Assembly: GCF_006345805.1 (NCBI RefSeq)
Contig: NC_043006.1
Location: forward strand, 94,178,001 to 94,242,000
Reading direction: 5' to 3'
DNA length: 64,000 bases
From: Octopus sinensis
Lineage: Eukaryota
Shown here: positions 39,667 through 54,582 of the stretch, one piece after another
Position numbering within the stretch: position 1 is the stretch's first letter
Layout: each line of letters starts with the position of its first letter
Made by a program: the position numbers and the translations under genes
Notes under the pieces: model-generated
What the model was told of the DNA's origin: nothing
What the model saw: only the letters and a program-made list of their open reading frames with translations
The model's database searches: none

Positions 39667-40604
39667 ACATACACACATAGTGTAGTGATGTGAAAAAGAA
39701 TGTCAGTTATTTGAGAAGACGCCTTTTCTGTTATTTTCTCTCAGCCATGTCTTCGATATGCACAATCAACGTCACGACATTCCTGTTGTCTCTGTGTCTT
39801 TTTTACCTGTCACACCTTCCTGCCTTTCTTTCTTTCTTCCTTCCTTCCATCCATCTCCCTTTTTTTCTTTCTTACAAATCTACCTGCTTACCTACTTGCA
39901 TACTTGCCTACATGCTTGTCCGTCTGTCTGTCTATCTGTCTACCAATCTAGCTAATTATCTATTACACATACGCTTACGCACGCACGCACACATGCACGC
40001 ACACACACACACACACACACACCACACACACACACACACACACATTACATATGTACGGTACATATATTTCATCTTTTATTTCTTTCAGGGATTGGACAAC
40101 GGCCTTGATGAGTTGAATCGACCAAACGGACAACAATTCTTATTCTTTAAGTCTCTTACTTATTCAATGGCTCTGTTGTGTTGGACCACCGAATCACGGA
40201 GGATATGAACATGCTTTTTTAATATACGGAATACTGCACTATTAGCCTCGGAAGAGCCTTTCGTATAGAGGCTTCGTGCATAAAAGCAGATATACATTGT
40301 TGTCAGACGTGGGCCATGGGGTTCCCGCATCACGTGATTTCGGCCTATTTAACCTCTTCAGCGCGAACCACTGATTACCGCATGACAGTCAAATCTCGCT
40401 GCTATGATGTGTAGAATTGAAGCATCTTTTCAGACTCAGATGCCGCAAATAGCAATCAGGCTAATTAAAATTAATTATTAGCGATGGAATCAGTATTAAT
40501 ACCAAAAGGCTTCCATTGTAAATAGTTAACATGTACATATAGTTATACACACAGACACACACATTTATATATATATATATATATACACGCTCCACCTCAC
40601 CATA

Positions 40605-40660
<56 letters not shown>

Positions 40661-40880
40661 GTGGTGTGTGTGTGTGTGTGTGTGTTGTGTGTGTGTGTGT
40701 GAATGTTGAAAAAATACAAACTGGGACAAGAACGTGAAACATTTAGAGACGATACAAAAGCACGGACGGGACATTCGAAGCCTCCAATCTTCACTCAAGA
40801 ACCGGATCATCTTCACAATTTCGGCTGATTACACACACATACACATATGCATACATGCACACGCACACACACACATATAT

Positions 40881-40911
<31 letters not shown>

Positions 40912-41103
40912 ATAGCATACGAAGGGTATAGCTTACTAGTGATCTAAACTAATAGGTACGCTGGTTCAGTGGTATAGTTGGTCAACCATTGGTTCCAAGA
41001 TCACATCTAAGGCTGGATCTAGGGATCCTGTTACGGTTTCGTTATAGCGGGTATATTATATTCAAGGAATAATAAAAACCAAGGCAGAACGAGTATCTCA
41101 TAT

Positions 41104-41164
<61 letters not shown>

Positions 41165-41355
41165 TATATATATATAATGTATGTATGTAAATATATATAT
41201 ATATATATATACTATATGCATACAACACACACACAACACACACACGTATATGTATGTATATATATATATATATTATACATATATACATATATGCTACGAT
41301 CACTATATCTTTATTTCTTGCTGTTTGAGTACATTCATTTGTTTGAATATAGGTA

Positions 41356-41408
<53 letters not shown>

Positions 41409-42224
41409 TACAGACAACAATATGTTTTATATTTAAAAGTAACGAAGATGAAGCATTGTTCGGCACACACATGTGATGGGTGGGTGTCATTAATGGCAGT
41501 TTTGTTTTTTTCCTTCTTTTTATCTTAATGTGTGAGAATTACAGCAATATTTCCATAAACCCGATTCCACTTGTGTTTCTCTAACATTTTGGATTTCAGG
41601 GAGATGAGCATTAACGTCATTCAACACACGTGACACTGTAGGAAACTTCCGGTTTCGAATTAATAACATAGTTTACACTAACACACGAATACAGAAACAG
41701 GCAGACAGGCAAACAGACACGCTCTGATTCTCACACGCTTTGATGCACAATTCAAATTGGATGCGTTCTTGATACCAAAACCGTGCCTGCATACACATCT
41801 GTTGTAAAGTACACATACATAGATATATACATTCATACATACGCATGTACATGCATACCATACATACATACATACATACATACATACATACATACATACG
41901 TACGTACGTAAGTGCATACATACATACATACATACATACATACATACATACATACATACATACATACGTACGTACGTACGTAGTACATACATACATACAT
42001 ACACACACACACATACATACATACATGCATACATACATACATACATACGTACATACGTACATACGTACATACATACACACACACACACATACATACATAC
42101 ATACATGCATACATACATACATACATACATACTTACATACATACATACATACATATAAGCGTGCGTTACCATACATTTGAAAATGAGATTTGCGGGAAAT
42201 TTGTTGTTTCTGTTTAGTCAAACT

Positions 42225-42324
42225 NNNNNNNNNNNNNNNNNNNNNNNNNNNNNNNNNNNNNNNNNNNNNNNNNNNNNNNNNNNNNNNNNNNNNNNNNNNN
42301 NNNNNNNNNNNNNNNNNNNNNNNN
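42225..42324. other. Assembly gap (100 N)
   Basis: Run of exactly 100 N, a typical unknown-size scaffold join. Confidence 0.99.
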
Positions 42325-42683
42325 ACACACACGCACATATATTTATGTATATATATATATACATATATATACATACATACGTACATATATATATATAAAT
42401 ATATGTGTATATATATTGTCTATATTATTATATATTTATATATATACTATTATCCTGTCTGTAAATAGACATACGTATTATCATCTCTTTCTAGGCACAC
42501 ATACACACATCCACACACATACACATACACACGTCAGCCATACACATATACGTGCTTCAATCACGTGTGTGTGTATGTGTGCATGTATATGTTTGTATTT
42601 GTGTGTATAAGAGAAAGAGAGAGAGAGGCAGAGACAGAAAAAGTGAGAGATAGAGATAGGTAGATAGATAGACAGAGGGAGAA

Positions 42684-42720
<37 letters not shown>

Positions 42721-42872
42721 TCGTGAGTTTGACATTTCGTTTGACGTCAGTATACATTTGACAACCATTTTTCTCGGGACCATCATCATTTGCGTCACTG
42801 AGATACTCACTAGCTTCGACAGCATCATCATTAACATCGTTATCAGCATTATTATTATTGTTGTTATTATTA

Positions 42873-42939
<67 letters not shown>

Positions 42940-43081
42940 GGCGGCGAGCTGGGCAGAATCGTTAGCATGCCGGGCAAAATGCTTAGCGGTATTTCGCCTG
43001 TCGCAACGTTCTCAGTTCAAATTCCTCCGAGGTCGACTTTGCCTTTCATCCTTTCGGGGTCGATAAAGTAAGTACCAGCAA
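42940..43081 (+). mobile_element. Deu/Nin-type SINE
   Basis: ggcggcgagctgggcagaatcgttagc...gcctttcatcctttcggggtcgataaagtaagtaccag. Confidence 0.85.
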
Positions 43082-43186
43082 AACACTGAACTCCCCTAAC
43101 CCTAAGCTGCCCTTGTGGCAGAAATTTGAAATCATTATTGAATCCATCATCATTGAAATTATCGTCATTATTATTATTATTATTGT

Positions 43187-43241
<55 letters not shown>

Positions 43242-44363
43242 TAGTAGTAGTAGTAGAAAGCCGTGTCACGACCATCAACATTCTCATCGTCGTCGTTTTC
43301 CTCCTCATCAATATTATCTTCTTTCGCAAATATCACCATTACCTCCACCGTCATCATCATCACCACAAAGCCTGCTTCTGATTCTGCTGTCCCTGCGCCT
43401 CCTCCCCGCTCCCTCTCTCCCTCAGTCCCCTCCTCCCCTCTCCCTACCTTCCCCTCCTCCACCACCTCTTCCACTCCTGCAGCAACAAGTTCTTTCTGCG
43501 ATAGATACAAGTCCTGATCATTTAATCTACAAAATTTACAAAAGAGCTACCAATAGTTTCAGGCTTTAGAGATACAAGAATTTGGGAGATTTATATAACA
43601 TGCCATGTACCTGCAAACAATATTGTTAAATATTCTTAAAATCCAGAATGTTGGTCTATTCGAAAACATGAGAAATATAATAAAAGGAAAAAATAACGCG
43701 AAGAAGGTTAATACATAAATGAAGGAAAATGTAAAAACAAAGCAAACAATATCTTCGTTATCTTTGTCTGTAAGATATCATAATTAATCTAGGTTGTGTA
43801 GAATAATATCACAGAGCTATCTTGTAAATTGTGTATATTATTAAATGATATATGTATATAAATTTATGAAAGAAGATAGAACGGAGAGGCTTTAATTACA
43901 AATTGCAACAATTGTTTCTGTGCAATGGTAACAAAAGTTAGTTGCTGAGTTTCTGTTTCATAATAATACAGAAAATGTTATAAAAAAAAACAAATAACAA
44001 AGATTAGAAATGATCCAGCTGTAAGTGTTTACTGGCACGGCATCAGGTGTGTGTCTTTGGTTACACTGCTGGTGGACATATATACAAACTTACGTACATA
44101 CATACATACATACATACATACATACATACATACATACATACATACATACATACATACATACATACATACATACATACATGGATATATTCATGCATAATAC
44201 ACACATATACAGAAAATCGCGTATGTATGTTTTTAATTTTCCGTTCAGATAATATTTTTTTATTATTTACTTTCGGATGTTGTGTGAACTTTTCTAACTT
44301 TTCATTTTTAAATTATTGGGTTTTGTATTAGGATCATTTTATCTTGATCCTAATTGCTTGCAG

Positions 44364-44489
44364 TCCTGCAGTATATCGGATCACATGAGCAAAATTTGTG
44401 CAACCAATATTCCAATGTAATCAACGACAGTGTTGCTAATATAACTTATATTTCTGTGTCAACAAATTTATGTACACAGTGCTGCAGTG
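44364..44489 (+). CDS. Candidate phase 1-1 exon encoding a Cys-rich, EMI-domain-like peptide
   Basis: ctaat...ttgcag| acceptor, 126 nt open (LQYIGSHEQNLCNQYSNVINDSVANITYISVSTNLCTQCCS), |gtaaat donor; no homology check possible. Confidence 0.25.
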
Positions 44490-45099
44490 GTAAATGCATA
44501 GATTAATGCCGACGTAAACTTGTGTAGGTTTTGTCACCGGGGAAAGAGTATGTGTCAATTAACCCAGGTAAGTTTCATTTTGATATATACTTTTGGTGTT
44601 TATATATTTTCCTTGTTTACTATTTTGAGAGTTGAGGGTTGTTTTTGATGTGATGTAAATTACTATTTACTTTATTTCATCTGTGTGAAAACCTGGCACG
44701 GCCAATTATCAGACATCAAGGTATGTGCAGCTGATAACACACACAATATATGTATTGCATATTATATATATATCATATGTATACGTATGTAAATAAGTAA
44801 AAGTACACACACACACACATATATATATTTATATAATATACATATACGACATGTGCTTATATATATTCATATATACGAGGATGATACATGAATACCAGCA
44901 TCGCTGAAAATAGAAGTCAAAAATACTTCCGTGCGGGGAAATAGTCACAAAATAAAAATATATAAGCGCATGTCCTTATATGTGTGTGTGTGTATGTATG
45001 TATATATATATTTTATTAATTATATATATATATAATGTATATAAGATAGGCGTGTGTATGTATATGCATATATATCATTATATATATGATATATATATA

Positions 45100-45156
<57 letters not shown>

Positions 45157-47125
45157 ATTATATACACACACACATATAATATATATGATATGTATATTAT
45201 ATATATTATGTGTGTGTGTGTGTGTATGCAAATGTGTGCCTGTCTGTCTGTCTGTATGTATGTATGCATGCATATGTGGTTTTCTTGCTTCAAGTAATGT
45301 GTGAGAAATATAATCAATTTGTTAACCTTTTCCGATAAGAGGTAACCTCGAAAGTCTCAACGATTTATCGACGCCATTGACTTTAGATAATAAGGTAGGA
45401 ACGGGGTGAAGTTGTGGCCCTTTATGTATGTTACTGGAGCAGGGTAAACACTCTTTGCCTTTCGAGTTGAAATGTCACCGAGGTCAACTTTGAGTGTCTC
45501 GCTTTCGAAGTCGATAACAAAGTGCCACTCATAGGTAGTAGACTGACAGAAGACATTGCAATATTTGCCCTGTCTCTCTCTGTTATGAGTTCAAATCGTA
45601 CCATTAACTGCTTGACTAGAAGATTTAATTGTTCGCTCCGGTTATCACCAGCTGGATCCCTTATTGCATTTAATAGAGACCTCACTGTTGCAAACATTCG
45701 GTTAATAACTTCGACACGAGGATATCTTCATAAACTCCATCCGCTAGCCTCATATGCCTCGTAGAAGTCGTACATACTACCTACACTACAGACAAATCAC
45801 ACACACACACACACACACAACACACACACACACACACACACACAACACACACAACGGTCTTCTTTCAGTTTCCGACTGCTAAATCCAGTCACAAGGCTTT
45901 GGTCGACCCGGCGCTATAGTAGTTGCCTAAGGTGTTACGCAATGGAACTGAATCCAGAACCATTTGGTCGGGGAACAAACTTCTTTCCACTCAGTCACAT
46001 CCGTACCATATATCATGAAACTGCAATTTTGTAATCTACAGACGTGTGGGACGGGTTGTAATCTTAATCCATTTCGCGGATTAACACCATATACCGGAAT
46101 CCCTTCAAAGATTTAAGTTATAGTGTTGCCTGCATAAAAGACAAGTCTCAGGGTCGTGAACAACCTTTTCCTTTTCCTTTCACCTTTTGCTGAGGCTCTG
46201 CAAAGTGTCATAGACGCTGCTCTTTCACCTCTAGGCGAAAGATTAAAAACGAAAGCGGAACAAGTCTCTAGAACCTTAATTCTTCCATTACATTTCTGCG
46301 CAAGTCACACTTAAAAGCATCGTCTTCGTTAGGTCTCATATCCGATGTATTATTAATACATCATGTCATTTAAATGTTTTCACATTGACTAAATTAATTA
46401 TGTCTGATAGGAGACGGTGCTGGTGATGAGATGATGATGATGATGATGACGACGACGATGATGATTATGATGAGGAGGAGGGGTGGCTGACAGGAGGATG
46501 GCAGCGTTGATGGGCGAGGTTGGGTTAGTGTAAGTAAGGGGCGTTAAAAATAGTAGTACAAGTTGCAGTGGCTGTGGTCTTTAATGGAAAAGGTAGTGAT
46601 TTAAGTTGTGATGGTGGTAGTCGGGAAGGGGCGTGGAAGAGTCACGTTTGAAAAAAAATATTATATTTTTCTGCTTTTTGCTTTTTGGTAATTGTTTTTC
46701 TGGTAATTTCTATTTCCCTTTCTGTTTAGTATTTCTTTGATGTTCTCCTGAGGGCGTTCTTCATCATCATCATCATCATCACCATCGTAATTATCACTAT
46801 CACCGACACCACACCTATCTCCACCACCAACAACACCAACCTCATAACCACCATCAACAGAAAGCACTTTCAACATCAAAATTCTAATTCATCATCATCA
46901 TCATCATCACTAACACTGTCAACACAGCAGCAACAACAACAACAGCAACAAGCATGCTTAACATCCAAATCCTTCCCATTATTGTCATATCAATTAAAAT
47001 AATCCCCCCCATCACCAGACTCAACACCATTATCGCACAAGCTAACAAGAGAACCTCTATGTGGTCATTCGATATGTAAGTAGCAACCGGAGGTTTTGAA
47101 CTACACACACACACACACATATATG

Positions 47126-47157
<32 letters not shown>

Positions 47158-47235
47158 ATATATAGAGATATATATATATATATGTATTATATATATATAT
47201 ATATGTATATATATAATATGTATATATATATATAT

Positions 47236-47268
<33 letters not shown>

Positions 47269-47269
47269 G

Positions 47270-47308
<39 letters not shown>

Positions 47309-47355
47309 TTATATAGCTATATATATATATATATATATATAGTGATATATATATA

Positions 47356-47452
<97 letters not shown>

Positions 47453-47454
<2 letters not shown>

Positions 47455-47745
47455 AAGCGCAATGGCCTAGTGGTTAAGGCAGCGGACTCGCGGTCGTAGG
47501 ATCGAGGTTTCGATCGGGCGTTGTGAGTGTTTATTGAGCGAAAACACCTAAAAGCTCCACGAGGCTCCGGCAGGGGGTGGTGATCCCTGCTGTACTCTTT
47601 CACCACTCTTTCTCTCACTTTTTCTTCTATTGGCCTGCTCGCTTAGCCAGCGGGGTGGCGTCGTTCGAAGGGTAAAACAACGCGAACGCATTGTGACCAG
47701 CGATGTGTAGCAACATCTGATGGTCTGGTCGGTCACGTGATCACG

Positions 47746-47748
<3 letters not shown>
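47453..47748 (+). mobile_element. Full-length tRNA SINE inserted in (TA)n
   Basis: tggcctagtggttaagg A box; head shared with the 22653-22955 SINE; ends cacgtgatcacgtga; (TA)n on both sides. Confidence 0.85.
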
Positions 47749-47805
<57 letters not shown>

Positions 47806-49532
47806 GACGAGAAGGCCACCGTCGGCATAACCTTTGATCATAGGTAACTTCAATCATTCAAAATGAGATGAAGCAAGAACAGCAATAGTTCCATGAACAC
47901 CACCACCGCAACAACAACAACAACAACCATCACCATAGACATCATCAACGTTGTCGTCAATAGCATCATCATCATCATTGTCTTCATCATCACGATAATC
48001 CAAATCATTATCCCCACCATCACCACCATCATCATCACCATCGTCATCGTCGTCTTCATCATCATCAACCTCATCCCATCATCGACAGTTTGTTCATGAG
48101 TAAAGCTCGATAGCCGGGAAGTTCGTAGCACCAAATTTCACTGCCTCATCATCAGACGAACGGTAGACAACATAGTGCCAAACACAACAGGTTAACTATC
48201 TGGTACAACCCTCCTTACAACAACGCTATATAACACGAACACATTCGTATTACTTACGACTGTCTCTCATATTTATGAATCTCTGTTCTCTTTCTAATTG
48301 TTACTATGCTTAATTCGTTATTCTAATTATTCTATTATGACAATAACCAGTCATCTTATTGTATAAAAAAATATCACTACTTTATTAATATATAACTATT
48401 GTCATTTGATTTCTATTATTATTCTATGAATCACTGATTTCGTGTTTATTGTATCTATGTGGTTATTCTTGATATTATTATTGTTGTCGTTGCTGCTGCT
48501 GTTGTTTTAGTTATTGTTGTTCGTGAATCCAGAGGCCTGCCATCGACTTCATATCACAAATGAAAATTATGAAAATGACAATTGAGTGGTATACAATTGA
48601 AGTGAAATAAAATGAATTGAAAATTCAATTATTATGCATATCATTAATTTCTTAATCATTTCGTCTCATTGTGAATAGCTGTTCTTTAATTCTTCATATA
48701 TGTGTATATGCATACATGTGTGTGTGTGTGTGTAGTTTTGATTAGTGCCTTCAAAATTTCTAATAATGTGAAAGCTAGCACTGAGAATTGCATAGGAAAC
48801 AACAACTTGCGGAGATTACACACACACACTTATATACGTGTGTGTGTGTGTGTGTCTGTTTATGTGTTTGTGTGTATGCATGCGTTTGGGCTGAGTTAAT
48901 CAAGAAATAAAAATAAGTATAGCCTGTTATCCCAATGAAAATGTGATACTAGTAAATTGTCTAAATGCCGACCCTGGAATTAGCACCAAACATGTCACCC
49001 GCATTATTAAGCAGACGGTCTAAACTCTTATCACATTAGAATTCACGTAAATGATATGACATTTTGGTGGAAACTACAGAATGAAATCCGCAGAAAGTGC
49101 TAGCGATAAGAATATTAGAAGCACTAATGTTGTTAAAAGGCATATTCACCCGTAATATAAAAGAAAGCGGATGGAATATTGGTGCCAAAACTACTGTGAA
49201 AGCAAAATTGACCAGACATAATGACCCGAGACAAGGACCAGAGAATGCGTAGTAATTGATTGCTCAACCGATTAACATAATGATAAAGACATTCCTAATG
49301 AGAAAGCATCTATGTCCAAAGACAACAACATAGTCTACCAGGACTATAATTACAGGTTTATACCTGTAATTATTGTGGCACTTTGTTATATAACCAATTA
49401 TCACAGCATCTATATTGAGAAGCTGGGCTTTACAAAACTAGAATAGAGAAAGTTAATTAAGAAATTTCACTTAATGAAAATATGTAAAACATTCCAATAG
49501 TTTAGCTTGCAGTAGTTACATTTATATAGGTC

Positions 49533-49714
49533 TAGGTGTGGCTGTGTGGTTAAGAAGTTCGCTTTTCAACTATGTGGTTCAATCCCGCTGTGCAGCAACT
49601 GGTCAAGTGTTTTCTACAGCCGACCAATGGCTTGTGAGTGAATTTGGTAAATGCAAAGTGTGTGGAAAATCGCCCTATATATGTTTATGTCTGTATTTAT
49701 GTATGTACGTGTAC

Positions 49715-49745
<31 letters not shown>

Positions 49746-49999
49746 TGTATGTATGTATGTATGTATGTATGTATGTATGCGTGGGTTGTGTTCGCTCGTC
49801 CCCTCCATTTGACAAACGCTGTTGGTTTGTTTTCGTTCCTGTAACTCAGCAGTGCGTCAAAGTGATTGCTAAAATAAGTAACAACCTAAACAATATACAA
49901 AAACAATGTTACTTGGGTTGATTTGTTCGACTGAACTCTTTAATGAGGTACCACAGTATGGCCGCAGTCCGATGACTGCAATAAGTAAAAAGTAAAAGA
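49533..49999 (+). mobile_element. tRNA/CORE-type SINE with internal (TATG)n
   Basis: gtggctgtgtggttaagaag...ttgtgagtgaatttggta...tatggccgcagtccgatgactg..ataagtaaaa. Confidence 0.75.
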
Positions 50000-51631
50000 T
50001 AGCTCTATACCTACCTACCTACCTACCTACCTACCTACCTACCTACTTACCTACCTACACACACACATGCATACATACATACATACATACATACATACAT
50101 ACATACATACATACATACATACATACATACATACATACATACATACATGCATACATATATGGAAACATGTTGACGCTCTCTTCGCCTGACAGAATCTTGA
50201 AATGATCACGAAATTACAGCGTCCCAAAATATCTGAAGATATTAACGCAAATTACTTGATGCAATTTTGAAGAATTCCTATTTCACAGAAGATCATGTCT
50301 TTGAAATTTGTATGGCCGTGTTTGGCATATTCTTGGTAAACAGATTCTATCATTAGATTCCAATCCCTTAAGGGAGCGAAGTGGTGCAATCGTTACCGCA
50401 CCAGACAAAATGCTCGACGACATTAGTTCACGGCTTTTCGTCCTGAGTTCAAATTTCGCCGAGGTTGACTTCGTCTTTCATCCCCGAGAGATCGATAAAA
50501 TAAGCACCTGTTGAACATTGCAGTCGATGTAATCGACTTACCCCTTCCCGGGAATTTCTGTCCTTGGGCAAAAGTTGATACACACCTCCGCGCGCACGCG
50601 TTCAACAAACACACGTACATAGAACATACTTATTCCTCGTTCGGAGAGTTAATTCCAAATATTTTTTTCCTTCACTGTAGTTGTTCTCAATTAATGTTGT
50701 ATAGGTATAATAATTATAATAATTATAGTAATTATAATTATACAGTTTTTCAAATCTCATGATGAATGTATACTTATGAAATGAATATTAATTTTGGAAA
50801 TTAAAAACATTAATGTTGAATTAAAGCTGAATTATATTAAATAGATTTCTCGTTTGTCTACTTGCAATAAGTTTAGTTTATCAATACCGGTATTACTCTA
50901 TCGTTACCGATTTATTGCCGATGAAACATTACCTGTGAGTATCAGCTGTACCAAAAGAATGCTGCCGATGTTACTAATTGATATGTACTAATTGAGATAA
51001 ATGTCATAAGATCGGCGTTATGTCCCTTTGGGGGAAAGGACAAACAGAGTTTGAGGTACTGCTAATTATATTAATGTATCAGTTTGCCCATCCAGCCAGT
51101 TCACCCCATTCATTTATCCATACTTACATGTATGTATGTATGTATGTATGTATGTATGTATGTATGTATGTATGTATGTATGTATGTATGTATGCATGTG
51201 TGTGTGTGTGTATGTTTTCATTGTGCTGAATTTAAATTCTTCTTGAGAGAGTTCAAGCCGGTCGCTAACAAAAGGACAAGACTCTTTGAGTTAAAAGAGT
51301 TCCCAGTATAAGTAAATATGTGGTTGAGTTGGTGTGTTGTTTGAACTTTGTATGCATCGGCATGCATAAGGATCTCTGATGGAGAATTTGGGGAATGTCT
51401 CACAGATCTTCACTGTGCCATTGATTGACTGGATTTGGAGAATCTGCGTCACTTTTTGTTTTTGCTCTTTTTCCGAGAAAAACAGTAATTCTAGGTTTTT
51501 GTGTCAATTCGTTGGTACATAACCTAATGCACCTACGATAATAGGTACATATATATACACAAATATGTATGCATGTATGTATGTTTGTGTGTATGTGTGG
51601 GGAGAGAGAGAGTGTGTGTGTGTGTGTATGT

Positions 51632-51666
<35 letters not shown>

Positions 51667-52522
51667 GGAGAGAGAGAGAGAAGCGCACAAATTGGGAGCG
51701 GAAAAATATTTACACCGTTAAACAGAAAGCAGGGAAAATAACAAGGGAAGCGAAACGGAAGCCATCTTGTGCTTGACCTGCCAGAAATAACAACCAAATA
51801 TTTCCTTAAAAAGAAACTGAAGATACACTGGATAATTCAATCCCCAAAACAAAAACAAAAAAACCGTCTGATCACATCTCGAACGTATTTGATCAAATTT
51901 TCACATTTCTGCATCACTGATCTACGCTGATCGCCTACGCCACATAGCATAGAGCAATACACACACACACACACACACACACACACCACACACACACACA
52001 CATATGCCAGTAATCTATCTTCAAATAAGCAGACATACAGCCGCCTTTCAATCCAGCATTTGAAGATGTCGAACGAGACTTCTGTGGCAGGGCATGACGT
52101 CATCTTATCTCCAGTATCTCCAAAAATATGCGCCTGTCAAGATGAAAGGATCTTCTCTCACTTTCTTCCCACTTTCTTCTCTTCTTTCATCTCCTTCTCT
52201 CAACTCCTTCCATCGTTTTCATTCTTTTTTTTTACATATTTGTCGCTACGGTTTTCCTCTCATCATATAACAAACGTGTGGATGCATCAAGTATCGATAA
52301 CATTTATGGAACATCCCTTACTCCTCTCCATCTGCTGCCTCCCCTCTTCTTCTTCTTCTTCTTCTTCTTCACTCGTCTCCAAGAGCCTCAATTTTTCCGA
52401 CCCTCAATTTTATTTTTGCTTACTAGTACACCACCACCATCACCACAACCACCACCACCACACCACCACCACCACCAACAACAACAACAGCAACAACTGC
52501 TGGTATTATTATTATTATTATT

Positions 52523-54417
52523 CTATGTTTGACTATGCTTTACATTTGCACAAGCTGGCTCCAAGTCTCACCCAGAGACCTCAAGAGACAACAAGTTGGA
52601 AGTTCATGTTGGTGTTATGCCTAGGGTGCCATATATTTGGTTTTGTACTTAGTGTTGTATTAGTGAATGCCTAAAAAACCATACGAAAATTATGTTTGTT
52701 TTAAAACTTGAGATCACATAGAAAGTATTTTGCGTAGGATATGAGCACTTCCCATGAGCACTATCTTTTGAATTTCTGCCATTTTGGGGTTTCCTGGTAT
52801 CTGAGTTAGGTAGCAATCAGCCCCTTTTGCTATCATTCCCAGGGCACCTATGACAAACAGGTACTGTTTTTGTCTTCGGGTTCCACATTTTGCTGATTTC
52901 TATTTCAAGATCTTTATATTTGCTCCGTTTTTGGTAGGTCTTGACAGATACGTTTATATCGATTGGGACAGTCATATCAATGAGGAGGTATGTTTTTTGT
53001 CTAAAGTCTTTTACTATGATGTCTGGCCTATTCGCGTCTATCTTTCTGTCTGTTTGAATGGTGAAGTTCCATAGGAGTGAAATGTGGTCATTTTCAAACA
53101 CTGGAGGTGGTTTGTGTTCCCACAAGTTTTTATCAAAGTCCAGGCTTTTGCAAATTACCCAGTGAATATATTGTGTAGCTCTATCATGCCTGTTGAGATA
53201 CTCTGTAGGTGCAAGAAGACTGCACTTGGAGATAACATGATCAATGGTTTTATTTTGTTGTTGACATACACGACATGTTGGGCTACTGCCGTTCTTTAAT
53301 ATGTTGGCCTGGTAATTTCTTGTAGGTAGGCATTGATCTTGAGCTGCTATGATAAATCCTTGTTTCAGATTTTAAGCCAGAGGCCATTAGCCATTGATGG
53401 GTCAGGGCTTTGTCAACATCTGCATTATTCGCTCTCTTTTGGTATTTGCCATTGAGAGGTTTTTCTTGTCATTCAGAATATCTAAGGCAGAAGTTATAGC
53501 ACGGGTTTTCATGCGCTTAGCTTTTTCTGTGCTTGTTTCTTGTATGTCTAATTCCGAAATTTGTTGTATTCGGAATTCACTTAGATATTCCTTTTCTTGG
53601 CAGATAAAGTCGTTCTGTATCTGCCTTAGGGTGGTGCATTCAATGCATTGTCAACAGTTTTCGTATTTTTCTGTCAAGATTACACATTTCAGTTATTGAC
53701 CAGTTAACGATATTGAAACTGTAAGTCACGACTGATGTGGCTAAAGCATTGATCGCTTCGATCCTGTTTCTCGCATTCAGCTCTGTCTTGAGTATTGCTC
53801 TTACTCTGCGATAACATTCTCTCCTGATCCTTTCCTTCATCACTGAATGCCTTATTCCATCCCCTTCAATTACCCCTAGGTAGCTCTCTGCTGGGTCTAA
53901 CTCTTTTATAACATTCTGCTGGTCAAGGTTAACGTTAGATGTTTCTGTCATTTTTCCTTTGATAAAGGTAGCTTTTGCACATTTTTCGAGGCCAAATTGC
54001 ATTCTGATGTCATCGCTGAATTGTTTAAGCCCTTGAGATTTTGGCCATTTTTTTGCAAAGACCTTTAAATCATCCATGTAAATGAGATGATTTATATTTT
54101 TATCCAACATTTTATATCCGTACTGTGTGTCATTGAGCAATTTTGAGAGGGGTATCAAGGCTAAACAAAAGAGGAGTGGTGATAGTGAGTCGCCCTCGAA
54201 AATGCCACAAGAAATGTTTACATCACCAGCATTTAGAGATTCATCGTCACTGTTCAAAGTTAGTTTGGTTCTCCATGATCTCATACTTACAGACAAAAAG
54301 TTTCGCAGAGTAGGCGCTATTTTATACATTTCCAGGCATTTCTTTATTCAGCTATGTGATAGGCTATCAAAAGCCTTTTTATAGTCTATCCAGGCTATTG
54401 ATAAGTTTTTGTGTCGA
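52523..54417 (-). mobile_element. 5'-truncated Dong/R4-type non-LTR retrotransposon (RT, CCHC, restriction-like endonuclease), copy 1
   Basis: AWIDYKKAFDS, GIFEGDSLSPLLF, HLIYMDDLK, CRVC..HVISKC, NRPDII...LIDMTVP...KYKDL; (TAA)n on both sides. Confidence 0.93.
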
Positions 54418-54540
54418 TATTATTATTATTATTTTATTATTATTATTATTTTCATCATTATTATTATTATTATTATTATATTATTATTATTATTATTATT
54501 ATTTTCATTATTATTATTTTCATTATTATTATTATTATTA

Positions 54541-54577
<37 letters not shown>

Positions 54578-54582
54578 GTTAT
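54418..54582. repeat. (TAA)n microsatellite spacer between Dong/R4 copies
   Basis: Directly visible tatt/tta repeat array. Confidence 0.95.

Noticed and set aside
47453-47520. tRNA gene calls for SINE heads (also near 22900, 1600 and 60740)
   Set aside because: A/B boxes are present but there is no complete cloverleaf or terminator, and each continues into a SINE body.
52096-52103. CRE site TGACGTCA (also near 4660, 7315 and 42742)
   Set aside because: An 8-mer with no associated gene or TSS evidence.
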